The notes under the pieces are model-generated. The model worked only from the letters and a program-made list of their open reading frames with translations, did no database searches and was not told the origin of the DNA. 64,000 nt of DNA from contig OZ251235.1 in the NCBI GenBank assembly GCA_965240325.2, forward strand, positions 1,302,001 to 1,366,000, given 5' to 3'. The position numbers and the translations under genes were made by a program. Shown in pieces: positions 24,662 through 36,000 of the stretch (the stretch's first letter is position 1; the number at the start of each line of letters is the position of its first letter). Source of the DNA: Rebecca billardiae RCC1528. Its lineage: Eukaryota > Protista > Haptophyta.

Positions 24662-25591
24662 ATGCGAGGTGAGGATGGCCTCTCGCATGCACCTCGGGTC
24701 CACACTCCCTCGGTGCCGCCTGCATGGTGGCTGGTGGCGCGCGTTCTCGGGCTGATCGCTCGCGCCACGCGCTGGCGTACGGAGGTTGCCACGGGCAATG
24801 TCACTCGTCACGCGGAGGGCCTCGATCTTGCCGGGCCCAAGGCCGTCAATACTGTCGTGAGCGACGCGTTTGCTCACCTGTCGCTGGTCCTGATCTTCGT
24901 CGCGCGCCTGCAGCGCCAACATCGGCAGGTCGTGCCCGCGCGCCTGCCGCAGCGCCTACTAGACCAGCTCGCTGCTGGAGGCGTCATCATCTGCTCCGGC
25001 CACGTCGGACTCTGGGAGGCCGTTCCATTCGTCGTGGCGCCCGCCCTGCCGCCGGCGGTACGCGCCGCGAGCATTGTCGTGTACCAGCCGCTCCACTGGC
25101 GATGGGCGGACGCGTGGCTGCTCGGGAGGCGGCGCCTGAGCGGCATCGGGCTCGTCCCGGCGCGCGGCTCCTGGCCGCGCCTGCTCGCTGCCCTGGAAGG
25201 CGGTGGCGTCGTTGGCATCGTGGGCGACCAGCGCCCTCGAGCGACCGCACCCTCCGTGTCCCTCCGCTTCCTCGGCACAAATGCGCGCTTCGAGGACGGG
25301 ATCGGCCGCCTCCATGCGGCGAGCAGGGCGCCGGTATGGTTCGCAGCCGTCGTGCACGAGCCGGCTGGTCGCTTCGCGCCACGTGCCATGCGCGTCATCT
25401 GGACAGAGCTGGCCCCGCCACTGGCCGCGCGGCAGTTGTCGACGGCGCAGTGCGTTGTGCAGACTGTGATGGAGCGGTACGCCGATGCTCTCGACATGAC
25501 GATCCGCCAAGTGCCAGGTCAGTACATGTGGATGCACAACCGATGGCGGCGTCTCAGTCATCCCGCACGCAGCCTCAGCAAGTGGTACTAG
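24662..25591 (+). CDS. LpxL/HtrB-like (lipid A lauroyl/myristoyl-type) acyltransferase
   Basis: SGHVGLWE, VYQP, GGVVGIVGDQ, FLG, APVWF and PGQYMWMHNRWR motifs. Start codon uncertain. Confidence 0.85.
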   Translation: MRGEDGLSHAPRVHTPSVPPAWWLVARVLGLIARATRWRTEVATGNVTRHAEGLDLAGPKAVNTVVSDAFAHLSLVLIFVARLQRQHRQVVPARLPQRLLDQLAAGGVIICSGHVGLWEAVPFVVAPALPPAVRAASIVVYQPLHWRWADAWLLGRRRLSGIGLVPARGSWPRLLAALEGGGVVGIVGDQRPRATAPSVSLRFLGTNARFEDGIGRLHAASRAPVWFAAVVHEPAGRFAPRAMRVIWTELAPPLAARQLSTAQCVVQTVMERYADALDMTIRQVPGQYMWMHNRWRRLSHPARSLSKWY

Positions 25592-25797
25592 GTAGACCAA
25601 CCCAACGGCAACGCGGTGATGACCACTCAGACCACTACGAGAGAGGCTGCACACGTCCGGCGGGGCCCCTCCGCCTGGTCCGGTGGTCCCCGGCTCCGGA
25701 TCACGTTGTGCCGACTACCGTCGCGGCGCTGCGGCGCGCGCTGCGGAGAATCTGGGCCACCCTGGACCAGGGCCAGCGCTCTCGCCCGCCGTCGGCG

Positions 25798-27891
25798 ATG
25801 CAGCAGGAGCGCACGGGGCCCGTGGCCATCGAAGACACGGTCTGGTCGAGCTTGCCACTCGAGCTGCAGCTGGCATGCCTCTCCAACCTCGATGCCGCCG
25901 ACTTCTACCAGCTCGAGCGGGCGGCCATCTTCCCCGCAGCGACCCTGTCCAGTGCCATGGAGGCTGTTGCATCCGCGCGCCACCCGCACATCCACGTGCC
26001 CCGCCCGATCTGCGCGGCGAGCCTGCGCTTCGTCGAGGACGTTGAGGCCGTGGAGAACACCCTGTGCACCGCCAAGCCCGACAAGCCCGACGAGCCCCGA
26101 TCCTTTGCGCACGCGGTCGCCGCAGCGCTGGGCCACATCCCGCGTGGCGATGACTCGGGCTTCGGGCTCGGCGGCGAGGCCCCGCGGCGCGCGTACGTGG
26201 ATCGTGTGATGCATCAGCTCGAGTCGCTCGTCACATCTGGACTCGCCAGCCGAGCGCCCTTCCCGGACGCCGCGCACGAGTGCGCGCTCACGCTGAGCGC
26301 GCTCGCTGTCGCGTCCGTGCGCCGAGCGCCGCGCAGCGCCTTTGAGGCGCACGCGCACGCTGCCGCGTCGGTGCTCAAGCTGCTGGTGTGCCACAGCCCG
26401 CGCAACGCGATGTGCATCGCCGATGTCGGCGGGATCGACCTCCTCCTCTCCACCGCGGAGGGCCGGCGCGGCGCCAGCGTGCAGGCGCTCAAGGCGCTGC
26501 GCACAACTGCGTGGGCGCTCGGCGCGAGCTGCGGCACTGGCGGCGCCGGCGGCACCGGCGGGTACGGGCTCGGGCTCTGCCTCGACGAGGACGGGGCGGC
26601 GTGCGTCTCGCGGATTCACGCCGCGCTCAAGCGCGCGGGCACCTCCGCGCGCCTCGCCGCCATGCTCGAGCGCGCGTCGCGCGGCGACTGGCTGCCAGAG
26701 CCTCTTGGTCGCGCGCAGCGGCGCACCGCGCTGGGCGGCGGCGGCAACAGCAGCGACGGCAGCAGCAGCGGCGGCGAGGAGGAGGGCGAGCTCGGCGGCA
26801 GGGGCTCGTACGGCAGCGGCGAGGCGCTGACGGGCAGCGTGCAGCCCTGGCCCCAGCCCTGGGCCCAGCGCCCAGGCCGCCCGTCCCACGCCGTCGTCGC
26901 CTGGCTCGTGGCGGACACGGTCAGCCAGCTTCTTGCTCAGCCCGGCTACGCGGATCTGGACGGAGCGAGCGCGCTCGCTCCCGTGCTCGCGCGGCTGCAG
27001 GCGCACCCGCAGCTGGGCTGGGGTGCGGGGCGGGCGATGGCGACGCTTGCCGCCGCGCTCGATGGCGCGCTCGTACCAGCCGCCCACGCCAGCGCCGGAG
27101 GCGGCCGGGTGGGCCACGACACACACGTGGCTGCCTGCGCGGGCCACCCGGAGGCGACGGCGCAGCCCGGCGCGTCGGCAGTGGCGGCGCATGGGCTGGC
27201 GCTTCGGGATTTGGCACCGGCGCTCGCCCACGCGGTGGAGGAGGCGGCTGACGGGATCTCGAGCGCGCTGCGCTCGGACGCGGCGTCGGCGGCGGACGGG
27301 CTGCGCCGCGTCATCTTCTCCCTGTCCGCGGCCCCGCCGTCGGCGCAGCCGCCCGGGTGCACGGCTGGCGCCAGTCGCAGCGGCCGACCTCTGGAGAGCG
27401 GCGCGAGCGCTCGCCGCGACTCGGCTCGTCGGCGCCTCGTGCGCGTGAGCCTGGCACTCCCCACGCGCGCAGACGCGCTGCGCGCGATCTGGTGCGCGGG
27501 CGAGGGCCACGGCGGCGCGAGCACAGCGCCACCGTCCGTGCAGCTCCGGGCGATGTGGCGCGCCGAGCTCGCGCGCGCGCGCGTGCCCGCGCTTGCGCTC
27601 GAGCTCGTGCAGGGCACGACGAGCGAGCACACGCGCCTGCTCGCCGTGCGCGCCCTCGCCTGCTTCGTGGCACCGACGGGCGAGCCAGGGTACGAGGCGC
27701 GCTCGGTCGCGCGTGCGCTCTGCGCGCGGCCGTGGGCGGCGCTCTGGGCGCTGCTCAGCACGGCGCGGCTCCTCGCGCGCCACGCGAGTGGCGCGGGCGC
27801 GTCGCGCGAGGTGGCGCTGTGGCTGCTGCTCGCGTGCCGCCTGCTCAGCCAGTCGCGTCTGCGCCACGTCCTGCGCTTCGACCTGGCGTGA
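25798..27891 (+). CDS. Hypothetical protein with N-terminal F-box-like motif and ARM/HEAT-like helical region
   Basis: WSSLPLELQLACLSNLD and NAMCIADVGGIDLLL motifs; long open frame. The upstream part of ORF 24724 overlaps the acyltransferase and was discarded. Confidence 0.6.
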   Translation: MQQERTGPVAIEDTVWSSLPLELQLACLSNLDAADFYQLERAAIFPAATLSSAMEAVASARHPHIHVPRPICAASLRFVEDVEAVENTLCTAKPDKPDEPRSFAHAVAAALGHIPRGDDSGFGLGGEAPRRAYVDRVMHQLESLVTSGLASRAPFPDAAHECALTLSALAVASVRRAPRSAFEAHAHAAASVLKLLVCHSPRNAMCIADVGGIDLLLSTAEGRRGASVQALKALRTTAWALGASCGTGGAGGTGGYGLGLCLDEDGAACVSRIHAALKRAGTSARLAAMLERASRGDWLPEPLGRAQRRTALGGGGNSSDGSSSGGEEEGELGGRGSYGSGEALTGSVQPWPQPWAQRPGRPSHAVVAWLVADTVSQLLAQPGYADLDGASALAPVLARLQAHPQLGWGAGRAMATLAAALDGALVPAAHASAGGGRVGHDTHVAACAGHPEATAQPGASAVAAHGLALRDLAPALAHAVEEAADGISSALRSDAASAADGLRRVIFSLSAAPPSAQPPGCTAGASRSGRPLESGASARRDSARRRLVRVSLALPTRADALRAIWCAGEGHGGASTAPPSVQLRAMWRAELARARVPALALELVQGTTSEHTRLLAVRALACFVAPTGEPGYEARSVARALCARPWAALWALLSTARLLARHASGAGASREVALWLLLACRLLSQSRLRHVLRFDLA

Positions 27892-28131
27892 GTGAGCATC
27901 CTGGCGGCCCCGGTGAGGTGATCGGCTGCCAACGTTTCACGGATTCCCCGGCGGGCTCGAGACGTCGCGTACGGTTCAAGCCGATGACGAAAGGTTGACT
28001 ATTGACTGAAGCTTCAATGTCGTTTCATCAGAACGTACTGTATGCACAGCATGACAGTATGATAGTAGTAGTCGTACCTGTGTGTAACCGTCAATCACGT
28101 TGGCGCTTTTCGGACGTCGAGACGAGGGTCG

Positions 28132-29586
28132 ATGGGCATCAAGGGACTCTTCCCGTTCTTGTCCGAGGCCGCGCCCTCTGGCATCAAGGCGCGCAAGGTG
28201 AGCGACTTCACCAATCGGACGCTCGCCATCGACGCGTCAACGTGCCTCTACCAGTTCATCGTGGCCGTGCGCTCCGAGTCCGACGGCTACGCCAACCTGA
28301 CCAACTCTCGCGGCGAGATCACGTCTCACATCACCGGCTTCCTCCACCGCACGCTCAAGCTACTGGAGGCGGGGATCAAGCCGGTGTACGTCTTCGATGG
28401 CGCGCCGCCCGACCTCAAGGCGAGCGAGCTGCGCGCCCGGGGCAAGCGCAAGGCCGAGGCGGCCGAGGCGGAGAAGGTAGCACGCGAGGCGGGTGATGCG
28501 GCCGCCACCGCCGCCGCCACCGCAGCCACGGCCGCCTCGGAGGCGGAGGCCCGTCTCGAGGCGGTGCGCGCGGAGTCCTCTGCCCTCGACCAGAGCGCGC
28601 GCGAAGCCTCTGTCGCCGCGGCGGAGAGACACGTTGAGACGACGCGCGCCGCGGCGGCTGCGGCCGAGCAGGCGGCGAAGGAGGCGTCCAGAGAGGTGGA
28701 GAAGGCGGCGCACCGCTCGACGAAGGTGACGCAGCAGCACAACGAGGACGCCAAGGCCGTGCTGCGACTGATGGGCGTGCCCGTCATCGAGGCGCCCGGC
28801 GAGGCGGAGGCGACATGCGCGTCGCTCGCGCGCTCCGGCCTCGCGTACGCCGCCGTCACTGAGGACATGGACACGCTCACGTTCGGCGCGCCGGTGATGG
28901 TGAAGAATCTGTTCGACACGGAGAACGCGCGGACGGGCGCCGCGGGCTCGAACGCCGAGAAGAAGCCCGTGTACGAGCTCCACCTCGCGCCGATCCTCGA
29001 GCAGCTCGGGCTGAGCATGGCCCAGTTCGTCGATCTGTGCGTGCTGAGCGGCTGCGATTATTTGACGCATCTGCCCAAGGTGGGGCCGGCGACGGCGATC
29101 AGGGCGGTGGTCGCGCACGGCTCGATTGAGGGCGCGGCGAGGGCGAAGGCGCTGCCGCCCGCCGCGCTCGAGATGATCGGCTCCGACGCGTGGCCGCTCG
29201 ATGGCGCGCGGGCGCTCTTCCACGAGCCGGAGGTGGCGCGCCCGGCCGCCGCGGAGCTCGCGCCCGCCGAGCCGAGATACGACGAGCTCAGGTCGTTCCT
29301 GATCGAGCGGCACTCGTTCGGCGAGGCGCGCGTGGACGCGGCGCTCAAGCGGCTGCGCGCGTGCCGCGGCGCGAAGACGCAGACGCGCATCGACCAGTTC
29401 TTCGCCGCGCGCGCCCCCTCCGACGGCGCCTCGCGCAAAGGGGCGGCCGGGGCCGCGCAAAAGTACGACCCGTTTGCCAAGCGCGCGGCCGGCGCGGGCG
29501 CCGCCGGCGCCGGCAAGCGGAAGGGGCCTCCGGCGGCGGCCGGCGGCGGCAAGCGTGGGTCGCCGGCGAAGACCTCGCGCAAATGA
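28132..29586 (+). CDS. FEN1: Flap endonuclease 1
   Basis: MGIKGL, AIDAS..LYQF, GIKPVYVFDG.PP.LK, APGEAEATCA, EDMDTLTFG, GCDY and the PIP box QTRIDQFF. Confidence 0.97.
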   Translation: MGIKGLFPFLSEAAPSGIKARKVSDFTNRTLAIDASTCLYQFIVAVRSESDGYANLTNSRGEITSHITGFLHRTLKLLEAGIKPVYVFDGAPPDLKASELRARGKRKAEAAEAEKVAREAGDAAATAAATAATAASEAEARLEAVRAESSALDQSAREASVAAAERHVETTRAAAAAAEQAAKEASREVEKAAHRSTKVTQQHNEDAKAVLRLMGVPVIEAPGEAEATCASLARSGLAYAAVTEDMDTLTFGAPVMVKNLFDTENARTGAAGSNAEKKPVYELHLAPILEQLGLSMAQFVDLCVLSGCDYLTHLPKVGPATAIRAVVAHGSIEGAARAKALPPAALEMIGSDAWPLDGARALFHEPEVARPAAAELAPAEPRYDELRSFLIERHSFGEARVDAALKRLRACRGAKTQTRIDQFFAARAPSDGASRKGAAGAAQKYDPFAKRAAGAGAAGAGKRKGPPAAAGGGKRGSPAKTSRK

Positions 29587-30026
29587 GCGGGCACAGGGCG
29601 GACGGGCTGGCTGGGCCGACGTCTCGGGTGCTGGCTTCGCATCAGCCAGTGCGGCTCTGCGGCGGGCGCGCGTGAGCCGAGCCGCCTGAGACGGAGCGAT
29701 TGCTGAGTCATTCTTGCGGGCGACGACTGCCCGCCGACAGCGGCGCGAGGCGCCTGCCCCTGGGTGGCCGCGCGGCATTCTTTTTATTATTTATTTATGC
29801 CGCCGCCGCGTGACGATATTATTATAATAACAAATTATATTATTATTATTATTACAATATCGGGTCGCCTCAGGGCCGTGCGGCGCCGCACTACGATTAT
29901 TCCGTTGTCGGCTGCTGGGCCGCGCCGGCACGCGGCCGCTATTATGTCGCGGTCGATGTCGCCGGTGCCGCCCGATCTCACTGCGCTGACAACGCTGTCA
30001 GTCAGTCAGACCACTCACGTAGCTAC

Positions 30027-33000
30027 TCACGCGCAGCCGATCGAGTGCAGCCCCTGCACAGCGATCCCGACGGCGGTGGCGAGCAGCTCGTTGATCGCCT
30101 CGCCCGTCGCGCCGCCCTGCGAGAGCGCGCGGTCGAGCAGGAAGGGGAGCAGCACGGTGAGCGCGAGGATGATCGGCTCCTCGACGCCGAGCGACTGCAG
30201 CTCCGCGAACGACCAGCTGAAGAGCAGGTAGCGCGTCTGCTCCGCGCCAAAGCTGAGCGCGTACGCGACGGCCAGCAGCGCGAGCACGACGTAGATGGCC
30301 CACATGCACAGCCACGCGAGCGCGAGCTTGGCGCGCGGCGGGAGCGCGAAGCGGCGCGCGGCGCGCGTGAGCACGCCGCGCAGCCCGAGCTGCGCGCGCG
30401 CCGCCTTCAGCGCCTCCGCCTCCACCATCTCGTCGTACCAGTCGACAAGCTCGGTGAAGGAGATTGCGCCGTCGCCATCCGCGTCGAGCTCGCGCGCGAG
30501 CGCGCGCACGCGCCGGGCGCGCAGCCGGAAGCCGAGGTTGTCCAGCAGCGCGCCGAACTCGGTCTCGTCCACGTACCCGTTGCCGTCGGCGTCGAAGGCC
30601 TCAAACTTGCGCCGGAGCAGCTCGACCGTGTCGGCGTCGAGGCGGTGGCCGGCGGTGGGCTGCTGCGGCGGCGAGTCGGCGGGCTTGGCGGCGGCGGGCG
30701 CGCCCGGCGTGGGCGCGGGGGGCGAGCTCGGCCGCGGAGGTGATGGTGGCGGGTGCGCGCCGCCATCGCGCGCCGCCGCCGCCACCGGATCGGCGCCGGA
30801 TGGCGCCGAGCCCAGCCGGGGCGAGGCGCGCCACCCGCCCTCATCGCTGCCCGCGGCGCTCCCGAGCTCGACGCCGCGCCTCGGCGGGCCGAGGGGCGAG
30901 CGCTTGGCGGCGTGCGTGCGCGGCAAGGACGGCCTGCGCGCGGCCGAGCGCGGCGGCGGCGCGCTGGGCGCGTGCGGCGGCGCGCGCGGCCTCGGCGGCG
31001 AGGGCGGCGGCGGCGCCTCGCCCGCCTCATCCTCCGCGTCGCTGCACGCCGGGCTCGCGGACTGTGGCGTGTGCAGCCGCGGCTCGGCGCGCGGCGGCGC
31101 TCGGCCACGGGCCGTCCGTGGCTGCGTGCTAGCATGCTGCTGCTTGCCGCGCGAGCCTGGCCGCACGCTGCCCGCCGGCCCGTCTGGGGTGAGGGCGGGC
31201 GGCTCGGGAGGCAGCGCGCGCTGCGCAGCACGCGCCTCCCCCGCCTCCGCCGCACGCCCGGCACCGGCGGCGCCCGCTTGCTGCCCGCTCGCCCTGTGCG
31301 GCACGGGCGGCGCCGCCGAGCCCTTGGCCTTGGCCGCCGCTGGGAACCCAGCGCGCGCGGGCGACGGCGTCGCGGGCGGCGGCTGGGCTGGCTGAGGCAC
31401 GTGCTCGGGCGAAGGCAGCGCGCGCGAGGCGGCGGCGCTGGTGTCACGCGGCGAGACGCGCGCGTCGGCGCGTGCCCAGCCGGCAGCGCTGGGCGCGCGC
31501 GGCAGCGCGACCGGCCTCGGGTTGACGTGGGTCGCGAGGGCTCGCACAGAGCGCCGCTCAATGGCGCCATCCGGCGCGGCATAGGCGTTCGCCTCGATCT
31601 CGCGCAGGAGATTGTCCACCTCGCGCCGGCTGCGCGTCGGGGAGCCGGGCGGGCTGGTGGTGCGCGCGCCGAGCAGCGGCGGCAGCCGCACGCTGCCGCT
31701 CGAGCCGCGCGGCGCGACTCGACCGCGGCCCGCCACCGCCGATGGCGGCAGGTCCGCGCCCGCGCCCGCGCCGCCCGCCGCCCACGCGCGGCGCGCGTAC
31801 TCTGCGCGTTCCTCTTGCGCGCCAGATTCTGAGGAGCGGTCGGAGAGGTGCTCGGACGGCGGCGGAGGGCGGCGGGGCGGCGAGAACTGCTCCTCGCGCG
31901 CCGGATCCGCGGACGGCGGCTGGCGCTTGGCGGTGCCCTCACCAGCCTCCGCGCCGCTGCCGCTGCCGCTGCCGCTGCCGCTGCCGCTGCCGCTGCCGCT
32001 GCCGCTGCCGCGCCCAAGCAGCCGCGCGTGCGCCGCGCGCGCAGCCTCGTCGCCCTGCGCACCGACACCCGGCGCGGGCGTGTGCGCCCGCGCCCCCGCC
32101 GCGCGCGCCTCCGCCTCTTCCACCGCCTCCGCCTCCTGCGGGTGGATCGGCGCGTCGCCACCGCGCGGCTTCGCGCCGCCGTGTGACTGGAGTGCCAGCT
32201 GGCGCGCGACCAGGCCGAGCGCTGAGGCGGCGTCGCGCGGGCTGCCCTGCGCGCCGCCGCCAGACGCAGGGGCCGCCTCGGAGGCGGCGGGCGCGGACGC
32301 GCGCTCCGCGCGCCGCCGGCCCGACAGCACGCCGGCTGCGCGCGAGAAGCTCGAAGCGGCGGCGGGCGCGTCTGCGTCAGTGCCGTCGCCGCCGCCGCCG
32401 CCGCCGCCGCGCATCGCCGCCACCTCAGATCGCAGCCAGGAGCCGCCTCTCCGCCGGTCGGAGAACTTGCGCGAGAAGCGGCGCTCGAGCCCGGCGCCGG
32501 CGGACGCGTCCGCCAGCGCGTCCGCCGCGCCGCGCCGCACCGCGCTCGGGAAGGGCGCGCGCTCGCGCTCGCGCTCGCTCAGCTCGGCCTTGAGGAAGGC
32601 CGCGTAGATGCGCGTCGAGAGGGGCGCCGCGCGCCGGCCGTACCCCCAGCGGAAGATGAGGCGGAAGAGGGCGAGCGCGGGCGCGGTGAGCGCGGCGGTG
32701 AGCAGCGCGGTGAGCACCGCGTGCACCAGGCTCACCGACGCGCCCGAGCCCTCCGCCGGCGCCGACGCGTCGTACAGCATGCACGTGATCACGAGGCCGA
32801 GCATTGCGACAGACCAGAAGACCTGCGCGAGCTCGGCGCGCTTCGAGTCCTCCGGGTCTGCGAACCAGATGCCGAGGAGCGAGTGGTCGGACTGCAGCTT
32901 GAGCAGCACGCGGCGCAGCAGCGAGGTGAGCAGGTGGTCGCTCGAGCGGTCCGCGCGCGCCGACGGCCGCGGCGGCGCGAGCTCGGCGACGGCCGCGCGC

Positions 33001-36000
33001 GCCGTGCGCCCGCGCGCGATGCGCTGCAGCGTGCGCGCGGCCGCGTCCTGCTGCCGGGCGACAAAGTCGTCGAGGTCGTCGAGCCTCGCCTCGAGCCGAT
33101 CGGCCAGGTCGGGCGGCGGGCTGCCGGGCGGCGGGCCGCCAGCCGACGCGGGGGGCGCACCCGACGCGGCGGCCGTGCCGCCGGGCGCGTCGAGGGGCGG
33201 CGCGGCCGGCTTGGCCGCGGCGCGCGCGCGCACGCCTAGGCTTGCTCGCTGCTGCGGCTGCTGCTGCTGCTGCTGCTGCTGCTTGCGCTGCTGCTCCTGC
33301 TCGGCCTCGCGCTGCGCGGCGCGCTCGAGCGCGCGCTGCGTCGAGCGCTCCGCCTCCTCCACGCGCGCCGCGGCCGAGGAGGGCCCCCGCCGAGCCTCGT
33401 GCCGCGCGCCGTGCGCCGAGGCCCTGCTTCCGAAGAGAGACACGAGAGAGCCCACGGAGAAGGCCGCTTCGAGCCGGCTGCGGCGCGCGTGGCTCGGCGG
33501 GCCGCTGTGCTCGCCCCCCGAGCTGCTCGAGCCGGCGGACGTGCGCGTCTCGCGCTGGCCCTTGCCGCTCCCCTCGCCGCCGCCCACGCCGAGCCGCGCG
33601 CTCAGCGCAGCCAGCCGCGCGCGCCGCCGCGCGGCGTCGCGCGCGTCGCGCGCGCCAAGCACGGCCACGCTGAGCGCACACGCCGCGCTCATGCCGAGAA
33701 CCAGCCCGTAGATGTACGGGTTCTGCTCGAGGTCGGGCGGCGCGGTGAGCGTGGCGCTCGCCTCCTCCGCGCTGAGCGTGTTCACGTTGAAGCTCTCCAC
33801 GTCCTCGCGCGCGCCGGCCGCGGACGTCGGCACGGACACGCCCGCAAAGTCGGTCAGGTGCGTGCACGCGCAGTAGCGCGCGGGCGAGCCGTCGTCCGCA
33901 CGCGCGACCACCGTCTCGCAGCCGTCGTCGAGCCACGCGCTCGACCCCTCGTCCCACCACACGCAGCCCCACTCGCCCGCGCCGCCCGCGCCGTCGAGCC
34001 CGGGCACCTCGACCAGCACGCGCCCCTCGTCCGGCAGGTCGGAGATGGTGAGCGCCAGCCCGGCCGACGCCGAGTAGAGCGTGACGGAGAAGACGGGCGT
34101 CACCAGCCCCGACGCGACGGCCGTGCCGTTCGCCTGCGTGGACGGGTCGCCGTGCACGTTGCGCGCGGAGGACCAGAGCACGACGTCGACGCCGCCCTCG
34201 AGCAGCTCGAGCGGCACGCCGCCGAACACGCTCGCCGGCACGCCCACCGAGCCCGCGCCGCCCGGCCCGGGCAGCGTGATGTTGCCGAGCGCGCCCGCGT
34301 CCGCGCGCGCCGCGCTCACGTTGATGGCCTTGCCCACGGCCTCGAAGGGCGCCTCGCCCGGCACGGCGCCGGCGAGCAGCGCGGTGGCGAGCGCGCCCAC
34401 CGCGCTCGTCGCCGCCGCGCCCACCGCCTTCGCCTCCGCCGCGCTCGGCGGCGCGTCGGCGTCGGCGTCGGCGGAGAGCGCCGCGTCCGCCGCGCGCAGC
34501 AGCGCGGCCGCGGTCGGTCCGTCGACGCCCGACGCGGCCGACTGCGACGCGAGGGCGGCGACCTGCTCGAGGCCCGCGGCCTGCGCGGAGGCGTCGAACG
34601 CGCCGGGCGGCGCGGCCTCGAGCACGGCGGCGAGCGCGGACGCACTCGCCGCGCGCGCCTCAGCCGTCGGCGCGGACGCCTCCGCCGCGCCCGCCGTGAG
34701 CTCGAGCAGCCGAGCGAGCGTGGCCGAGGCGACGGTGGCGTTGTCGCCGCCCGCGGGCGTGGCGTCGAGCGCGTCGGCGAGGGCGCTCACGAGCTGCGTG
34801 GCGGTCTCGGCCGCGCCCGTCGCCACCGCGGCGTACGCGCGCGTGAGCACCGAGTCGAGCAGCCCCGCGCCCTCGCCGGGCGGCGCGACGGCCACGGCCG
34901 CGTGCGCGAGCGCCGCGCCGCCGAGCGCGTCCGCCACCCTGACGGTGAGCGTGCGGTTGCCCGCGGGGAGAGTCGCGGTCGCCGAGGCGGCGGCGGAGGC
35001 GGCGCCGAGCGCGGCGGCGTCGGCGGCCACGGCGCCGAGCGGCGCGTGCGAGAACGCGTAGCTCAGCGGCAGGTCCTCCTCGTCGTCCTCCGCCCACCCC
35101 GCCGCGCTCAGCGCAAAGCTCGTCTGCAGCGCCACGCCCGACGCCGGCGCGACCGCGAGCCCTCCGCCGTACGGCGGCCGATTGATCGTGACGCGCACCT
35201 CCGTGTACGCGGGCTGCGCGCCGCCGAGCACGGCGAGGCGGAACGCGTACGTCGCGCCGGGCGCGAGCGCGCCGCTGCGGATCGCGACCGTGCGCAGCGC
35301 CGCGCCCGTCGTGGTCACCCGCTCGCTGTCCGCGAGGTCGAGACCGGCGGGCTCGAGCGCGCCGGCCGCGCCCACGCGCCGCGCGCTCCACTCGTAGCTG
35401 AAGCGCGCCTGCCCCGCCGCCTCGAGCGCGCGCGAGGCGGCGTCGAGGCGCGCGTTGATCGTCAGCCGCTCGGGGTTCCGCTCGAACACCGCCGGCCACT
35501 TGCGCCGCCCGAGCGGCTCGAAGCCGAGCGTGGGCACCGTGCCCGGCACCGCCTCGAGCGCCACCGACGCGGCCGCGGGCGCGCGGCCGGGCGCGGACAC
35601 GCGCACGGTGAGCGCATACACGCCCGGCGGTAGCGTGCCGGGCGCGAGCTCGAAGAGCGCGCCGCTCGTGTTCGCAACGGACGGCTCGAGAGCCACCGGC
35701 TCGAGCGAGCTCGCGTTCGCCACGCTCCACGCGAACGACAGCGGCGGCGTGCCGCCGTCGGCGCCGTCGGCCGTCGGCGCATCGGGGTCGAATGACGCGG
35801 AGGCGTCGACGGCGAGGCGCAGCGAGCTCGGCACGCGGCGGTCGCCGCCGGCGATCACCGCGCGCAGCGGCTGCGGCGCGACGAGCACGCGCACGCGCGC
35901 CGCCGCCGCCTGCGCGGGCGCCGCCGCCATGCTCGCCGTGAGCGCCAGGTCGTACGCCCAGCCGGCGGCCAGCGAGTGCGGCGGCAGCTGCAGCACCGCG

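Noticed and set aside
24724-25797. N-terminal 358 aa of the 1055-aa ORF
   Set aside because: Off-frame overlap with the acyltransferase; Arg/Pro-rich shadow translation.
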